Shown: positions 1 to 14,251 of the stretch, piece after piece
Layout of the letters: the number at the start of each line of letters is the position of its first letter
Position numbering within the stretch: the first letter of the stretch is position 1
Assembly (NCBI RefSeq): GCF_000143415.4
Contig: NW_003314265.1
Span: 3,902,443-3,966,442, forward strand
Reading direction: 5' to 3'
DNA length: 64,000 nt
From: Selaginella moellendorffii
Lineage: Eukaryota; Plantae; Lycopodiophyta
Position numbers and translations under genes: made by a program
The notes under the pieces: generated by a model
Database searches by the model: none
Seen by the model: the letters and a program-made list of their open reading frames with translations, nothing else
Told to the model about the DNA's origin: nothing

Positions 1-2330
1 GCAGTCGATTGTGAAAAAGGTCCTGTCAAATCAAATGCCACCAACTTAAATGAATAGGAAATTACAATTGACTTCAGCCATCCTTCTGTAGCACAAAGGG
101 TAGTATTACGAGCTTGACACCAAACACAACTATGCACATACCGGATAACATCACATCGCATCTTCGGACAATTTAAAGATTTGTGCAGCTTTTCAGTCAC
201 ACAATAATGTCCAATATACCCACCTAAAATAGGAAAATCATGGTAAGCATGGAGAAAGTGTGGAATAAAGATTAAAAGCACCACTAACCATAAATGATTG
301 TCAAGATCTGTCCCCAGAAAATAAAAAAGACAGTCTTCAAGGTGATATTGAGAATGTAAATGCCAAAATGGCAAGTCATCAGCAAATGATGCAAGATTCT
401 CAAGCCCATCGCGAAGCTTTCGAATCCACAACTTAATTTTTTTAGCCTCACGAACCTCGTCAAGAGAAGGTAAATCTTACTCTGCACCTTGTGGACATTG
501 AATGTCAAGTATAGCAATTGCCGATGGCACAAAATCTTCATTCAAAAAATCACAAACGTTAGAACAACAGGTTCATAAAAAATATGAGAAAAGAACGAAG
601 ACGGAAGAGGAGCTCAAGAAAGGGCATCAACATCATCCATAGAACTCCTTGAGCAATGAACACTATCAAAATCATATATCTAAAGCTTCAAAGCCTACTA
701 AGCAGTATGACCAATTAAGTTCTTTTGTTTTAATAATGAAATAACTATAGCATAATCACCTTTTAATAATGTCCGAGAACCATATAGATATGCATGAAGT
801 TTCTCAAAACCTTAAACTGCTGCTAAACACTCTTTTTCTGTTGTGGAGTAGTTCACCTCTGTTGGTTATAATGTATGGTTGATATATGCAATGGGATGGT
901 GCTAATTAGGTATACTTGAGCTCTCTTGCATCAACACACTTTCAAGATTGATATTAAAAGTATTTATGTGCAAAATGAAAGGTCAAGTGTAATTAGGATA
1001 TGCCAAAATTGGAGGAGTAGTTAATAGCTCTTTGAGATTCATAAACGCCTGCTCACAATCTACAAACCAGATAAAAGATGACATTGACGACTTTAGCGAT
1101 TAAAAAAATGATCAACAAACAATTGAGATATTGCACCTTGCCTAAGAAGCAATGCCCATCATTCACACCCTTCAGAGTAGGGAACTTTAGAATGGCCACA
1201 AGTTTGTCAGGATCAACTTGTAAACCCTTATGAGAAATATAATACCAAAATGAGTCATGTCTTTAGATTCAAACATGCACTTCGATCGCTTCAACTTTAA
1301 ACAAACTTCCCATAGCCGATCCAACACCTTACGAATGTCATAGACGTGTTCCTCTCATGTCCTCTTTGAGTGGATCAAAATATTATCGATGAAGTCAGTA
1401 GTCACTTTTAGCATATCACAAAAAACCTCATCCATCATCCATTGGAAAGTTCATAGAGCATTGTTTAAATAAAATGGCATCACTAAAAACTTATACAAAT
1501 CAAATGGTGTATGAAAAATAGTTTTAGGAATATCTTCTTCAGCCATTAGTACTTGCCAGTATTTAGAAGCAAAATTTAATTTAGTGAACTAACAACTTCT
1601 CCCTAGATGATCCAAGAGATTAACAGCATGAGGAAAAGGGTATATATCTAAGATTGTTACTTTGTTTAATAAATGATAGTCGATGTAAAAATGAATATTC
1701 CCATCAGACTTTGTCACAAGATGAGGTTTATAAAGCTAAGGACTCCATGACTTTTAAATAACTTTCTTTTCCAACATGTCTTTGACGTTTGCATATAAAA
1801 TCTTGATTTCTTTGGGTGACCAATGAATAACATAAACTTGATTATACAAGCATCCTTAGTTGGAATAGGATGATATATTGCAATCTTAGTCCTAGATAAT
1901 ATATCAAATTCAAAGAAATTGGCATACTCCTTTATGAGTCAGTCAACTGCTACAACCCAAAGACCATCAGAGGGATCAAAAAAGGAAAGAAAGGAATAAA
2001 ACAAAAACTTAAAAGGAAGTAAGGAGGAGACAAAAGTGATGGAAGCAAAGGTAGAAGAAGGATGAAGAGGTATAGAAGTGAGAGGAATGGAAGAAATATT
2101 AAGAAGTATGAGACAAGGGGGAGAAATCTCAAAGTCACACTTGCCATGATTGTGCCACAATCAATTAATACCAAGGATGAGGTTTAAAGCTTAACTCGGC
2201 ACCACCCATAATGACTACAACTCAAGCTTAAGATCGTCTACAGACACAACCGTGGCAACAAGCCAAATAATAAAAGATAAACTCGAGTCTGTATCAACTA
2301 ATATAGAGAGAATAATAGGAGAGTGTAAGC
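1..2330 (-). mobile_element. Degenerate Ty3/Gypsy pol (protease, RT, RNase H region, integrase N-terminus); continues beyond the left edge
   Basis: Minus-strand translation gives an integrase HHCC-like segment (HAYHD...SCVWCQ, FKLVAFDLTGPF, ~1-260), RT motifs (YWQVLMAEEDIPKTIFHTPFDLYKFLVMPF, FIDN, ~1380-1580) and a protease-like ILVDTDSS (~2280-2305). Many stops and frameshifts. Confidence 0.9.
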
Positions 2331-2399
2331 GACTAATTTTTCCATTCTACTTTACTCACTTAACCGCACTTCCGACCACTTGGAGGAGTCTCATTCACA

Positions 2400-4042
2400 A
2401 CCTCCATAAATCCCATTCAGAACTTGGGGCTTGCTAGCCCCGCGAATGGCATCCACGCCACTCAACTTTTGCATTTGGTCCAAGTGCTCCACGTGTCCGA
2501 TCCCTTGACCGACACCCCAAGGCACCACCAACATACCAGCCCGTTACGCTAGGCCATGCCCAATCACCTTGGTCACATCGGTGGTCCAACACCACTTGCA
2601 TTGCAATCCCATCTCTCCAAGACTGGGCTATCCGTCCATGAGTGGTCATCCCAGATCCACTCCTTAGCATCCTTAGGATGCCCGCAGACATGGGAAATAG
2701 CCTTCCCCAATATCTCCTTTCTAGTCCCCACCAAGTCCCTTTCTGTCCATGGCCGTGTTCACCAACATTGCCACTGGATCAAGGCCCACAGGCCCAACCA
2801 CTAAGTCCAACTGTCCTCTAGGACTTCCTTACTGTGTGACTGTGTCCCTTGTCACCACACTAGAGGACTACTCCTCTTCCTTTCCACAGTCTGGGACTTT
2901 GGGGCAACATTTCGGAACACCGTGGCCCTACGCGGGCCTCGGGGGTACTCTCCTCGCCTTCTACCTTTGGGTGCTCTAGCCATGGGCTTAAAGCGAGGTT
3001 CCGTTGAGCCACACCAGGTATCCAAGTAGGTAGTGCCACCCACACTTGGACTGGGAGCATTGGCTAGTCGATCTTCTGGGGGAACTAGAGCTGGCTCTTG
3101 AACACTTCACCAAGCTACCCCGCTTGTCGGTCCGTGTTCACTCTAGTTTTGGACTTCCCAATGGGCAGCTCATCACCCAACACTGGGTCCGGCCTTCCTG
3201 GGCCAAACTGGCCTTTCCTGGCCAAACTGGCTCCACTGCAGTCCTCCCCCTTACTATACTTTTGGAGCTCACCAAACCCCCCAGGGTCTGGGAGACGAAC
3301 GCTTTGGGCTTTCACCCTCTCAGACTCGAACTCGGACTTGGACTTGGACTTGGACTCGGACTCGGATTCGGATTCGGACTTGGACTCGGACTCGGCCTCG
3401 GTCTCGGTCTCGGTCCCGATCTCGGTCTCGGTCTCGGTCCCGGTCTCGGTCTTGGTCCCGGTCTCGACTTCGGACTCCATTTCGGGTCCATCTCGGACTC
3501 CATCTCGGACTCCATCTCGGGTCCATCTCGGGTCCATCTCGGACTCCATCTCGGACTCCACCTCGGACTCCATCTCGGGTCCTTCTCGGACTCCATCTTG
3601 GACTCCATCTCGGGTCCATCTCGGGTCCCATCTCGGGTCCATCTCGGGTCCATCTCGGACTCCATCTCGGACTCCATCTTGGGTCCATCTCGAACTCCAT
3701 CTCGGACTCCATCTCGGGTCCATCTCGGGTCCACCTCGGACTCCACCTCGGACTCCATCTCGGGGTCCTTCTCGGACTCCACTTCGGACTCCAACTCGGG
3801 TCCATCTCGAACACTTCCACGTGTCATGCGTTGGTCCTTTTGGGTCCCTTTTTGGAGCCTCGCTTATTGCTCTCTTTGTGCTTGTTCCTCGAGCACTTTG
3901 TTGGGAGTTCCACTCCCACTCTCGACCTTTCAAGGCGGAGCTTTTAGTCCAAACGTGTTACGCTCGTTTGGCTTTCGCTTCGGCCACTACCACGTGGCAC
4001 CCCTCCGGCTCCACTTTGGGGCCTAGGGATTTTGTGTCTCAC
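2400..4042 (-). mobile_element. Nested insertion (probable retroelement/LTR-type fragment) carrying a 12-bp tandem array
   Basis: GC-richer block interrupting the Gypsy between gag and protease. Shares flanks (tactatacttttgga, gctttgggctttcaccc) with ~6300-7910 and ends in ...TCACA. Left boundary approximate. Confidence 0.55.
3320..3812. repeat. Tandem array of 6/12-bp units (ctcggactccat / ctcgggtccat / ctcggt)
   Basis: Directly visible. It explains the stop-free low-complexity ORFs on both strands. Confidence 0.95.
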
Positions 4043-4289
4043 AGAGAGCTCTTGTTATAAAAACAAGATTGGAAAGTAAACATTAGATGAACTGATGCCG
4101 AGTGAACCCCTTGATAATACTTCCGAAAGAAAGATAGAGGGGTCACTAACTTATTCACATAAAATCCTTCTATTACTCATGCGACTTGTTATTTCTTAGA
4201 TGCATCTTAGTGTCTAGCTTTTGAACTACAGCAGTGCCAACAGGACGTTGTTAATGCTAAGGTCTCCATCCAGAAAATGAAGGTAGCCA

Positions 4290-5075
4290 ATTCGGAAAAC
4301 ACCAACAATGCTGATAAGTGTGATGAGCTTCATCACATGCCTAACAATGGACATCACGGCCACATCCACGTCCTTGTCCTAGTCCTTGAACTCAGGCAAT
4401 AACAACATCAACCTCCATTGGAACAGGACCATTTCCCACATGAAATGGAGCTGAAAGATATGTAGCAAAAAGTGGAAGAAATGACATCTTATAACATTTT
4501 GCCAAGCGAAGGGCATCATCAAGGGTGGTTGGAACAAGTGCATGTACAAGTCCTACCATATCTTGACAAAGTGTTGGCCACAATATTCTCAACTTGATTT
4601 GCTCTGATATATTTGGCTCTACACGAAGCAAGAGGTTTTGAAAACTAATGCCAAGTTGCATTATACACTCAAATAGCCCTTGATGAAGACAATCCAATTA
4701 TTGGAAGGCATAATCATAATCGTTAGCATGTCTAAATGCGCGTTTGAAGACTTCTAGGAGAATGCTTCAATCTTCACAAGTGGCTGCGTTAAAACCATTG
4801 TACCATTGCAGTGTTGTCCCTTGGAGACATGTGGAAAATTCACGCAAACGCTGAGTATCGTCCCAAAAATGATATGTAGCAATCACCATGAAGTGAACAT
4901 ACCAATGGTACACATCATCCCCAAGGTTCCCATGGAAGAACTTTGGTCGGAGTCGAGGATTGGCAACAAAAGTAGAAGGAACTGTACCATGCACTGTGAA
5001 TGTTCCCATCAACTAAGTTTAATTCTTCAACTAAAACTACATAGCATTAATGAATTGCATCAATTGCTACTCTAG
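4290..5075 (-). mobile_element. Degenerate Gypsy gag
   Basis: FMVIATYHFWDDTQRLREFSTCLQGTTLQWY gag-like segment and a CCHC knuckle remnant C*ACDEAHHTYQHC at ~4305-4350. Confidence 0.8.
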
Positions 5076-5107
5076 AGTCAAAGAAGGAGGAGACTACTAT
5101 TCTACCA

Positions 5108-5365
5108 TGAAAATGAACAAAAAGGAAAAAAGTAAAAAAGAAGAAATTGAAAAAACTTTAAGGAAAGGGAGATCTAGATAATAGAAAAGCTAAATCTAAA
5201 GCCAAATCCCAAATCTAAACACTTCTCAAGGACAATCAAAGCTACCCCTCACCTCAACCAATGTGAGTGCATGGAATATGGAAATGGAATATAAAAATAT
5301 GTATATCAATTAGCCTAAAAACCCTAGTTTATATATAGGAACAAGTGGCTTGGATTAAAACCATT
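5108..5365 (-). repeat. LTR (5'-truncated) followed by PBS-like TGGTAGA
   Basis: Homologous to 8340-8613, 27053-27140 and 48765-49112. On the minus strand it ends in CA (5109-5108), immediately followed by TGGTAGAATAG. Confidence 0.65.
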
Positions 5366-7134
5366 CCATTTGCTAGACTCACTTTATTTGTCTTCCACAT
5401 CCTTTTTATCCCTTCCTCGAAGGAAAAAAAATTTTGAAACATTAATTTCATTTAGAGTCATTACACTTATCCTCACTCTGCCATCTATATTTAGCCTTAC
5501 TTCATTATCACATCTGTTCAACCTCATTATATTGAGGCTAAATGTTCTATTTGGATTTGCTATACTCATCCTTACTCTATCATCGGGGTTAGACTCTTGT
5601 CCATCCCCTCTACCCCCTCTTCCAAAGAATTTTTTTTTTAACATTGGGGTAAAAAGGAGAAAGTGAGAAAAACTAAGGAAAAATCATTATAAAAGAAGAA
5701 AAAATGCATAAAGAAGCATTAGAAAAGGAATTTTTAGTAGTTGTCAATATAGAAATAGGGAAATAAAAAGGACATGTGCTCAAAGTTTGAAAAACAAAAT
5801 ACTTCCTATCATAAAATACTTCAACCACCATAATATAAGTAAAAGATTCACACTATTCAACTTTTTTAACACACAACTCAACACTTGAGATGGGAAAATT
5901 AATAAAAATGTCCACACTCTCAAGGGCATATATATATATATTCCTCAGCAACAACGGTAAAGCAAAAGCTCTTAACAACACTAAGATATAACCTTAAATT
6001 TTGGCTAAAGTGACTCACCTTTGAAATATGAGAATACTGGATATAAGAATTGATTAAAGACTCTGCCAAGGAAACCAAAGTAAGATTCTCAACTTCATAC
6101 ACATACTCAATATCTAGATTAGTATAAGGAGGACATAAAACACTAAACTCAATATTGAATTGAAAATGAGAATCATAAGAGTTATAAATAATCGATGTGC
6201 TACGAGAAAAAAACCCTAAATAAAAAAGAAATTATAAGCCATAAATTTTCCTTTCCAATTTGCCAGTTTACTTCATCTATCTAACCATCATTATATTGGT
6301 CTTAATTAAGTTCCTTTGCCAAGGTTCTCACCTATGATATTAGCTCCTATTTGGTTCTACTTGGCTTTAGCTACTCACTACGCAAACAACATAGTGTTAG
6401 CCAACTATCCATGGATTCTCAAATTCTCTCATAATCTAGATTGAACTTAAGGTTCAGCTACATTCCCTACAGATATAAGTAGTTAAGTACACCAAGCTTC
6501 CAGATTCCTAACATCCCTTGGTACCACAAGACTTGATCATGGGACCCTCTAAATCCCAAGCCTTGGATGCATTTCCTATTTCAGAACCCTAAGGGAAAAT
6601 ATTGTAGCTTAACAGCCCATTATGGATACCTCTACTCCCCTACTTCCATCCTAAAAAAAAGGCCCAAGCCCCTAGGAAGGAGTGAGGACCAATGAGCCAC
6701 ATAGTACTCAAGTGGGGCACCACATCATATAAGATGGGAGCACTATAGTTGGTTTCCCTTTCGAGAGTGGGAATTTCTTTTGAACACTTCCTTAGGTGGC
6801 TTTTTTAGCATCACTTCCACCTGAGGCCCTTAACCCCTAGTCTCACCCCAAATCAAATTGGAAGCACCATTAGAGAATTCCTTCAAGACTAATTCTTGGA
6901 CCTCACTATCCCTACTATACTTTTGCTAGCACCACCCAACTCCATAGTCACTCCCACCTGAAGCCTCTAACCCTCAATCTTAACCTCAAGTCAGTTTAGA
7001 AGCATTACTAAAGAGTTTCTTCAAGACTGGTTCCTAAACCTCACTATCTCTACTATACTTTTGGAACCCTCTATAGCCCCCCCCCCCCCCTCCCCTGGGA
7101 GATGATTGCTTTGGGCTTTCACCCCACGACTATA

Positions 7135-7860
7135 TTAGTATTCAGACTCAGTTTTGGATTCGATCTCAAACTCGATTTCAGACTTGACCTTGGACTTTGT
7201 CTCAGACTTGATCGCGAACTTGACCTTGGACTTAGTCTTGGACTCAATCTCGGACTTGGTCTCAAACCTGATCTTGGACTCGGTCTCATCAGATGTTCTC
7301 TTTATCATTCCGGTCGTAGTTTCAGGATGCAAGTGCCTAAGGGGAACTCAATTTTGGACTCGATCTCGGATCAACCTCAGACTCAGTCTCGGACTCGATC
7401 TTGGACTCGATCTCAGACTCAATCTTGGACTCGATCTTAGATCTGACCTCGAACTCAATCTCGGACTTGATCTCAGACTTGGTTTTGGACTCGATCTCAA
7501 ATCTCGGACTTAGTCTCGAACTCGGTCTCGAACTCAGTCTTGGACTCGATTTCGGACTCGGTTTCGGACTTGATCTCAGACTTAGTCTCGAACTTGATTT
7601 CAAACTCAATCTCGGACTCGACCTCGGGCTCGACCTTGGACTCGATCTCAAACTTGATCTCAGACTCAATCTTGGATTGGACTCAATCTTTGACTTGGTT
7701 TTGGACCCGATCTCAGATCTCGGACTTGATCTTGAACTAGGTCTCAGAGTCAGTTCGGACTCAATCTCGGACTCGGTCTCAAACTTGGTCCCAAACTCAG
7801 TTTCAAACTTGGTCTCGGAGTCAGTCTCGGACTCAATTTCGGACTCAGTCTTATCCAATG
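7135..7860. repeat. Older copy of the 12-bp tandem array (gactcgatctcg-like) inside a second nested insertion (~6300-7910)
   Basis: Visible 12-bp periodicity and the same upstream flank as the 3320 array. Confidence 0.9.
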
Positions 7861-7949
7861 AACTCTTTATCATTTCAGTCGTGGTTTTAGGGATCCTTTA
7901 GCTTGTGACAGCTCGGGGAGTTGGTTCCTTACAAAAACACTAAGAACAT

Positions 7950-8613
7950 GAGAAGGTGGTTGAAACTTAGAAATAAGAAAATGTTGGGAAAGAGGTGTTT
8001 GAAGACATCTAAGAGAATGTTCAAATCCATATGAGTAATAACACTTAAACCATTGTATCATTGCAAAGAAACTTATGCAAACACTAAGCATCATCCCAAG
8101 AATGATATGTGGCAATTACTGTAAAGTGATCAAATCAATAATACACATCATTCCTAGGATTCCTACAAAAGAATTTCGGTTAAATATGAAGATTGGTAAC
8201 AAAAGCAAAAAAAGTTATACCACGTGCCATAAATACTATTATTAATTGAGTTTGATTATTCAATTATAACCACATAGCATTGAGCAATTGCACCAATTGT
8301 TGCTCTAGAGTCAAAGAAGGAAGAGGCTACTACTTTGAATGAAAAGGAAAAGGCAAAAGAGAAAAAATTGAAAAAGCTATATAGAAATTGAGATCTAGAT
8401 AGATGCAAAAGTTAGATCTAAGCTAAAATCATAAATTTAAACACTCCTTAGGGACAATCAAAATTGCATCTCAACTCCACTGATGTGAGTGCATGGAATA
8501 TAGAAATGGAATAGGGAGATATGCATATCAATTAACCCAAAAACCCTAATTTATATAAAGGAGCAATAGGTTTGAATTGAAACCAATTTGACAGCTATTA
8601 AAATCCCAATACA
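7950..8613 (-). mobile_element. Second copy of Gypsy LTR plus gag 5' remnant
   Basis: Aligns by eye with 4730-5365. The LTR starts TGTATTGGGATTTT at 8613 on the minus strand. Confidence 0.8.
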
Positions 8614-10007
8614 TTAATATTAGTGTATGACTGTTAATATTAATATACGGCATCATAACCATACACTTTGACCTCATAGTGCATATTACTTAATTATCTT
8701 ATTTATATAAATACGGTTTATCATAACATACAAATTATTATATTTTAATTATATGGGTTTTTTTATTACTAGGCTCTTTGATTTTAATATTACAAATGAA
8801 GTATGTTTTTCTAGATATGACTATAGAAGATATTTAAAAATATAGATGACTTTAAATGAATTTATTAAATAATATTTAAGAAAGAAAATAAAATCAAAAT
8901 TTTTTAAATATTATGTATCACAATATTTTAGAAAAATTAAAATTAAAATATTTTAGATGACTTATTTAGATTTTATATTATATATTTTAGTAGCTAAATA
9001 AACAATAACATTTTCCCAAAGATGCTAATTTTCAAGGGATATGCAAGCAAAATTTGCATATAAAATAAATTTCATAAATATAAGTGATGGTCAATTTTTA
9101 ATATATAAGTTTTCTATTAGTACTAACTTAGACTAAAAATACTAGTTTTAGTTATAATCATACTTTAGTGCATATATCTTTTAATTTTATTATAAGTAAT
9201 AAATTATTTTATTTTATAGAATAAGAATTTAATAAATTACTCATACAAACATAAAGATAAATAATGTATATAGAGTATTAAATATTATATTTTTAAGTTT
9301 AAAACTTTATTAGAAATTGTTCCAAGGACTACATGTGGAAAGTAATTTACTAGTATGAAAGTAGAAATGTCTATAGATACTTATACAAGCTTAAGGAATT
9401 GCTTTAGCATTAGTTTCAAATAGAAGTAAGTGCTAGTGAGTCAAATCAAATTTGCTAGCACTTGTTATGATTTGGTGCTAAATAGCAAAGATAAAGAGGC
9501 CTAACCTCACATAGACTATGTTATACTTGTGAGTTTCCTCACTATTCAACCATCCCTCAAAAATTTCATTGTGCCATCATTTCATTGTGAGCTGTTAAGG
9601 TAGGTTAAGTTCTTTATCCTAAGTTCTTATATACAATATATATCTCCAGACATCCTAAAAGTGCTATGCTTGGGTTTATTTTTTGCCTGCAGTTAAAACT
9701 AGCATCTAAAAATCCTGTTCCCCTCTTCAAGCTTTTAGCCTAAGTACAAGTTGTACCAATAATTACCTTTTCTATGGATCTCAATATGGGTATCTTAACT
9801 CTTCATCGTTGTCCCAAAGGGAAAGCCAAGTGCTTCATAGTACTCAAGTTCCACTTGAGTCGAAAGCAATTTCCTTTTCAGGAGTAGAAATTACTCTTGA
9901 GCATGTCCTTGAAGGGCCTTTTATGCACCCTTCAAACCCATGTTCATTCCCACCTAAAGTTATTAGAACCCACTTGTAGGTCCCCGAGATACAATCATTT
10001 AGGGTTT

Positions 10008-10145
10008 TCACTTAGTTCAGACTTAGTTTCGGACTCAATTTTAAATTGGGTTTCAGGTTTGATTTCAAACTTAGTCTTAGATTTAATTTCAAATTTAATT
10101 TTAGACCCAATCTCAAATCTTAGAAGATTGAGTCTTGAACTCATT
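10008..10145. repeat. Heavily AT-decayed third copy of the 12-bp array
   Basis: ttagtttcggactcaatttt/ttgatttcaaac units preceded by agggttttcact. Confidence 0.6.
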
Positions 10146-10494
10146 GTCATCTGACAAATTTTTTATAGTTCTGATCTTAATTTTGAGGGACCTTTAACTT
10201 AAAACATTCAAAGAGTTAATTTTTTACAACTCCACCACCCATAAAAGAAATTTAATACTCAATGACTTATTAATAGAGAAGATAAGATGAAGAGAATGTC
10301 AAGTTCTCAGAATGTTGGCAATACAATTTGACTTTCATTGGTGCAAAAGTGATTTGTTGTCTGGCAGTGGTGTAAAACCACTTGTTTTAAGAGTTTCTTT
10401 TAAAGAAAATCCTTTTGAATTACATGTTTTGGGACTACCTAGTAAAAGCGAGTCATTTTATGGATTGTGCTATACTGGAAGAATTGCTTTCGCG

Positions 10495-13400
10495 TTACTC
10501 TCGGATGCAGACGTAGGCTAGTGCGTCGGGTTGCAACTTGCTGGCGCGACCTTCGTGTATTAACAGCTCGTGCAGCTTCCGCTTCTGCACCACCGTGTGT
10601 TTTAAACAAACAAACAAAGAAAAGCAATGCTCACCTCGGAGAAGCTGCTCGTAAAAACCGAAGCATCCGGGGATAGCCTTGGAATGATCGTATTTCCCTG
10701 ACGAATGGTTGTGAGAGGCGGGAGATATTTAGAATCTTTTTCTCACCTGTGGAGCCCCGAAGAGATGATGTACGCTCATTTTCTTCTCGTCCTTCATTAA
10801 CATTACGTGCGTGAACATCGTTTCCAGCTCCGGAGATGCAAACGATCCCTGATAGAAAGTGTCAAAGGGGTTAGGAGAAATTGAAAGAAGCCGTGCCTAA
10901 CCTCGTTCAATGACTTTCGAGCAGTATCATCCTTCGCACTCTGCTCGTCAGCGTAGTCCCGTTTTGCTGCCGCTGTTTCATTCATCAATGGCGCCTTCTC
11001 GGCCACACTTGTCTCTGGAGCAGCGGCTACTGCTTCTTTGTATCTGAAAGAGTGAGTTTGTTTCTTCCTCTCCAATCCTCCGTTGTGATCTATCTCTTCC
11101 AGAGCAGTTCCTTCTGTCTGGATTCTCGCTTCAGAGTAACTGTCCCTTCCCGATTTGCCATATCTATATGATGGAAGTTTGGGTGGCGGCTTTGGAGAGA
11201 ACGGCCTTGTTGGGAGAGCGGAATTCCCACTTCTGGAATCCGGTGCCTCAGCAGAATATGGAACAGTAGAGCTAGCTGACTCTGGCCTCCAGTAATCCTC
11301 CTTGCAACTCATATCCACTTGCGTGTGAATCTCCGTGTAGCTCTGCTTGGTTAGACCTTCAACATACTCTACGTCGATGCTCCTGTCCGTGCTCAAACCT
11401 CCCGATGCGTCCACTGCGGAGCTTGTCTCATAGTTGAAGAGGCGGCTCTTGACGTTGTTATAGTTCGTCTACACAAAACGAAACATCAAGCACGTCAAAG
11501 CTGGAAGAGCTTGCTACCTTTTTCGAGGCCGCGTTTCGTGCAATCTCCTTGACTTTACTTCTGTATAGTTTCGTCTTGAGCTCTGGTTCCAACCTTGAGC
11601 TGACCATTGGCTTAACCTTTCAATATAAGTTGTCACAACCAGAAAATAAACAAGTGATAACAAAGAAAAAATACCTTAGACCAATCTAGCTTTTGTGGAG
11701 CCATTGCCATAGACTTCCGTCGTAGAAACGGTCTCTTGGGCTTTTCTTGGTCGGATTGTTCGACATCGCTCTCTACGGTTCTAATGCTGCTCTCGTATCC
11801 ATAGTCATCAGGCTCCTTGCTCCGCGTGACTAAATATTGTGACAGCCTCGAGGCAACGGCATTTTCGGTGTCAGCCTTTGGCACTGGAAGCTGAGAGTCC
11901 AAGTTCTTTTCCATGAAGTAATACCGAGCGTTCTTGCTCATCCCCGATCTTTCAACCTCTCGAGCTTTTCCTCGTTCCTCGTGAACGGGAGTGCCTTTCC
12001 TAGGAGCTTCTGAACAAGTTGCTGGCCTCTTCAAATGTTTAACTGTGTAGTCACTTTGAGGTACCTGGACCCGATGGTGGTTGTGCGTGTTCCCTGTGCC
12101 TTGCGAATCTTCTGGCGCTTTCTCGCCCGACTTGTTCACAGTAAAAAGTGAGCACCTAAGAGAAGGAACTCCAGTTTCGGTGTGCGAATTTCCTATAACA
12201 CGAATCTGAGCTTGTTCCCCCGACTTTTGAAGATGTGAAGTCGGAGATGTTGATCTAGAACCATAAATGACAAGAGGAGTCGCTGGACCACGTCGCAGTA
12301 GATATCGAGCAGCATCTCCAGGACCTGTTGCAATCGAATGGTAAGACCAGTATTCAAGATGAAGAATACTACCTTGCAGGGCAGTATGCAACTGTATGAT
12401 CTTCTGTTGCAGCTGTCCCGAAAGCTGAAGCACAAGCTCGGAAGAACCTGGCGCCATTTCCTGCAGCATGTCCTCCAAGAGGAACCTTATTTCCTGTAAT
12501 CCAGGAACATTCAGATTCTAGAAACGAGCACATCGATTTTTGAAACCTTTATCTCCTTGACGACGGCTTGTAACCTTCTCGTTTTCAATCGCCTCCTCAC
12601 TCTTGCGCCTTCAGTGCACGCATGCACGCGTTCCAAAATTCTTACAAACTTTCCTGGAAGTAGATGTAAGCACATTGATCGAAATCCCTACTCTGCGTGT
12701 GTACCGTATGATGGAGGATTCAAGTTTTTGGAGGCATGCCTCCGCTTGATTACATCGTAGAGCTCCTGAGAGTGCACAAAGTTTTCAGTACAACTATTTG
12801 TAAGATCGCTTCGTTCACCTTCAATGTAGTCGGGAGAATTTCCTTCGTCTTGGGCTTCAACAGTCTTTTCTTCCTAAAACACGCCCGCCAAGAACGCTGG
12901 ACAGTCCTTGCTGCTTCTTGAATCGTGGGAGGCCTCCGTTTGGATACTCTTGGTCGTCTTACATTCTGTGGCACGGAATGAGAAAGATCAAGAAGCAGAA
13001 AAGAATTGCTCATACATTAGGTGGCTTTGCAGGGCTTGGTTTCTGCGGAACCGGACTCCGTTTCTTCACCCTTGATTTTTGTCTTCGCAGAACCTTTTTA
13101 CGGTGTTCTCGCCAATGCCTTTGTATACAGGCTGCTGCATTCTGCTTTTTACGTTCCGTAATATCCTGCAAAATCACCGCAGTGGTTACCACAACAAGTG
13201 ATGAGCACTCGGGACGCACCGTAATCTTCTGTCTCTGCATTGCAATCCATTGCCGGTCGTCATCAACGATCTTTGCAATGTCGACTTTCTCGAAGCTACA
13301 ATCCAATGCCTTTTCTTGCACTTCTTGTGTTTTCTGAGGTGCTTTCTGGGGTGCTTTCTGGTTGACATCCTTTCCAAAACTAGCCCTTGGACGAGCCACT

Positions 13401-14251
13401 TCAGCTGAAGTTGGCAAGACCAGTTCCCCAACCGGTAAATTGAAAGTCTTACTTTCTATGCACAGTGCTGCTTTCTCGACTGTTTGCTCAGCATTTGGTA
13501 CTGAAGCCAGCTTAGGACTTGGAACAGGAGTAATCTGTTGGTCCTCGCACAAGGAAAATCCAGAGGATCTCAAGTTCTCCTGGAACAGGATATCAGAGAC
13601 AACGTAACAACGCAAATAAAGTACCTTCATTTGCGAAAGTCGAATCAACCTGATGATCTCCGCCTCCTCTTCCGATAGCCAGAGCAATCGTTGCGAGTTT
13701 GAGGTGTCAGCCGGAGGATTGTAAGGAAAAACGGCATCTTTCGGAGGAGGAACTGGAACCAGCTCGCGGGGCTGATCAAACTCCTGCTGGACTGGAAAGC
13801 TATAAGCTGCCGGGAGAGCGTGAGCATACTGCCGAATGCTGGGAGGAGTGGACGCTCTGTTTGGAAGATAATTGTAAGGACCCGTTAGAAGAGGCTGCTG
13901 CTCGTAAACAGGTATTCCCACCTCCGGCTCTGGAAACTCGTAGTCTTGAGCGAACGGATTGTATCCACGCCCAGCGGGAGTGCTGGGATAATTCACAAGG
14001 GGATCGCTGTAGCACACGGATGGAAACGCTGGCAGGCTCTGGGAGAGAGGATTGTATCGCGGCGGGTGTCCCTGATCGGCAGCAACGTAGCCTGTGGCGA
14101 AGGGATTGTAGGCAGGCGGATTGTATGCCGGATCCACTGGGGTTGCCGCTAGAGGAAGAAGATCGGCGTAGGAGTTGTAGCTACCATTAGCATTGGCGTA
14201 GTCGAAATCCTGGAAGGAATTTTGCAAGAACTGGGAATCCAGTGACCCCAT
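10495..14251 (-). CDS. Multi-exon uncharacterised protein: Pro/Tyr-rich N-terminus and IQ-like motifs
   Basis: Chain of minus-strand ORFs (14251-13010, 13013-12750, 12478-11633, 11414-10803) with GT-AG junctions. IQ-like AACIQRHWREHRKK and AARTVQRSWRAC. 3' end inferred by manual splicing. Confidence 0.7.

Noticed and set aside
3046-4060. Long overlapping ORFs (326, 320, 272 aa) on both strands
   Set aside because: Artefacts of a stop-free 6/12-bp tandem array; the translations are low-complexity
5370-6300. Short ORFs between the Gypsy copies
   Set aside because: No recognisable homology; probably decayed TE sequence
7102-7901. Ser/Asp/Leu-rich ORFs
   Set aside because: Same tandem-array artefact
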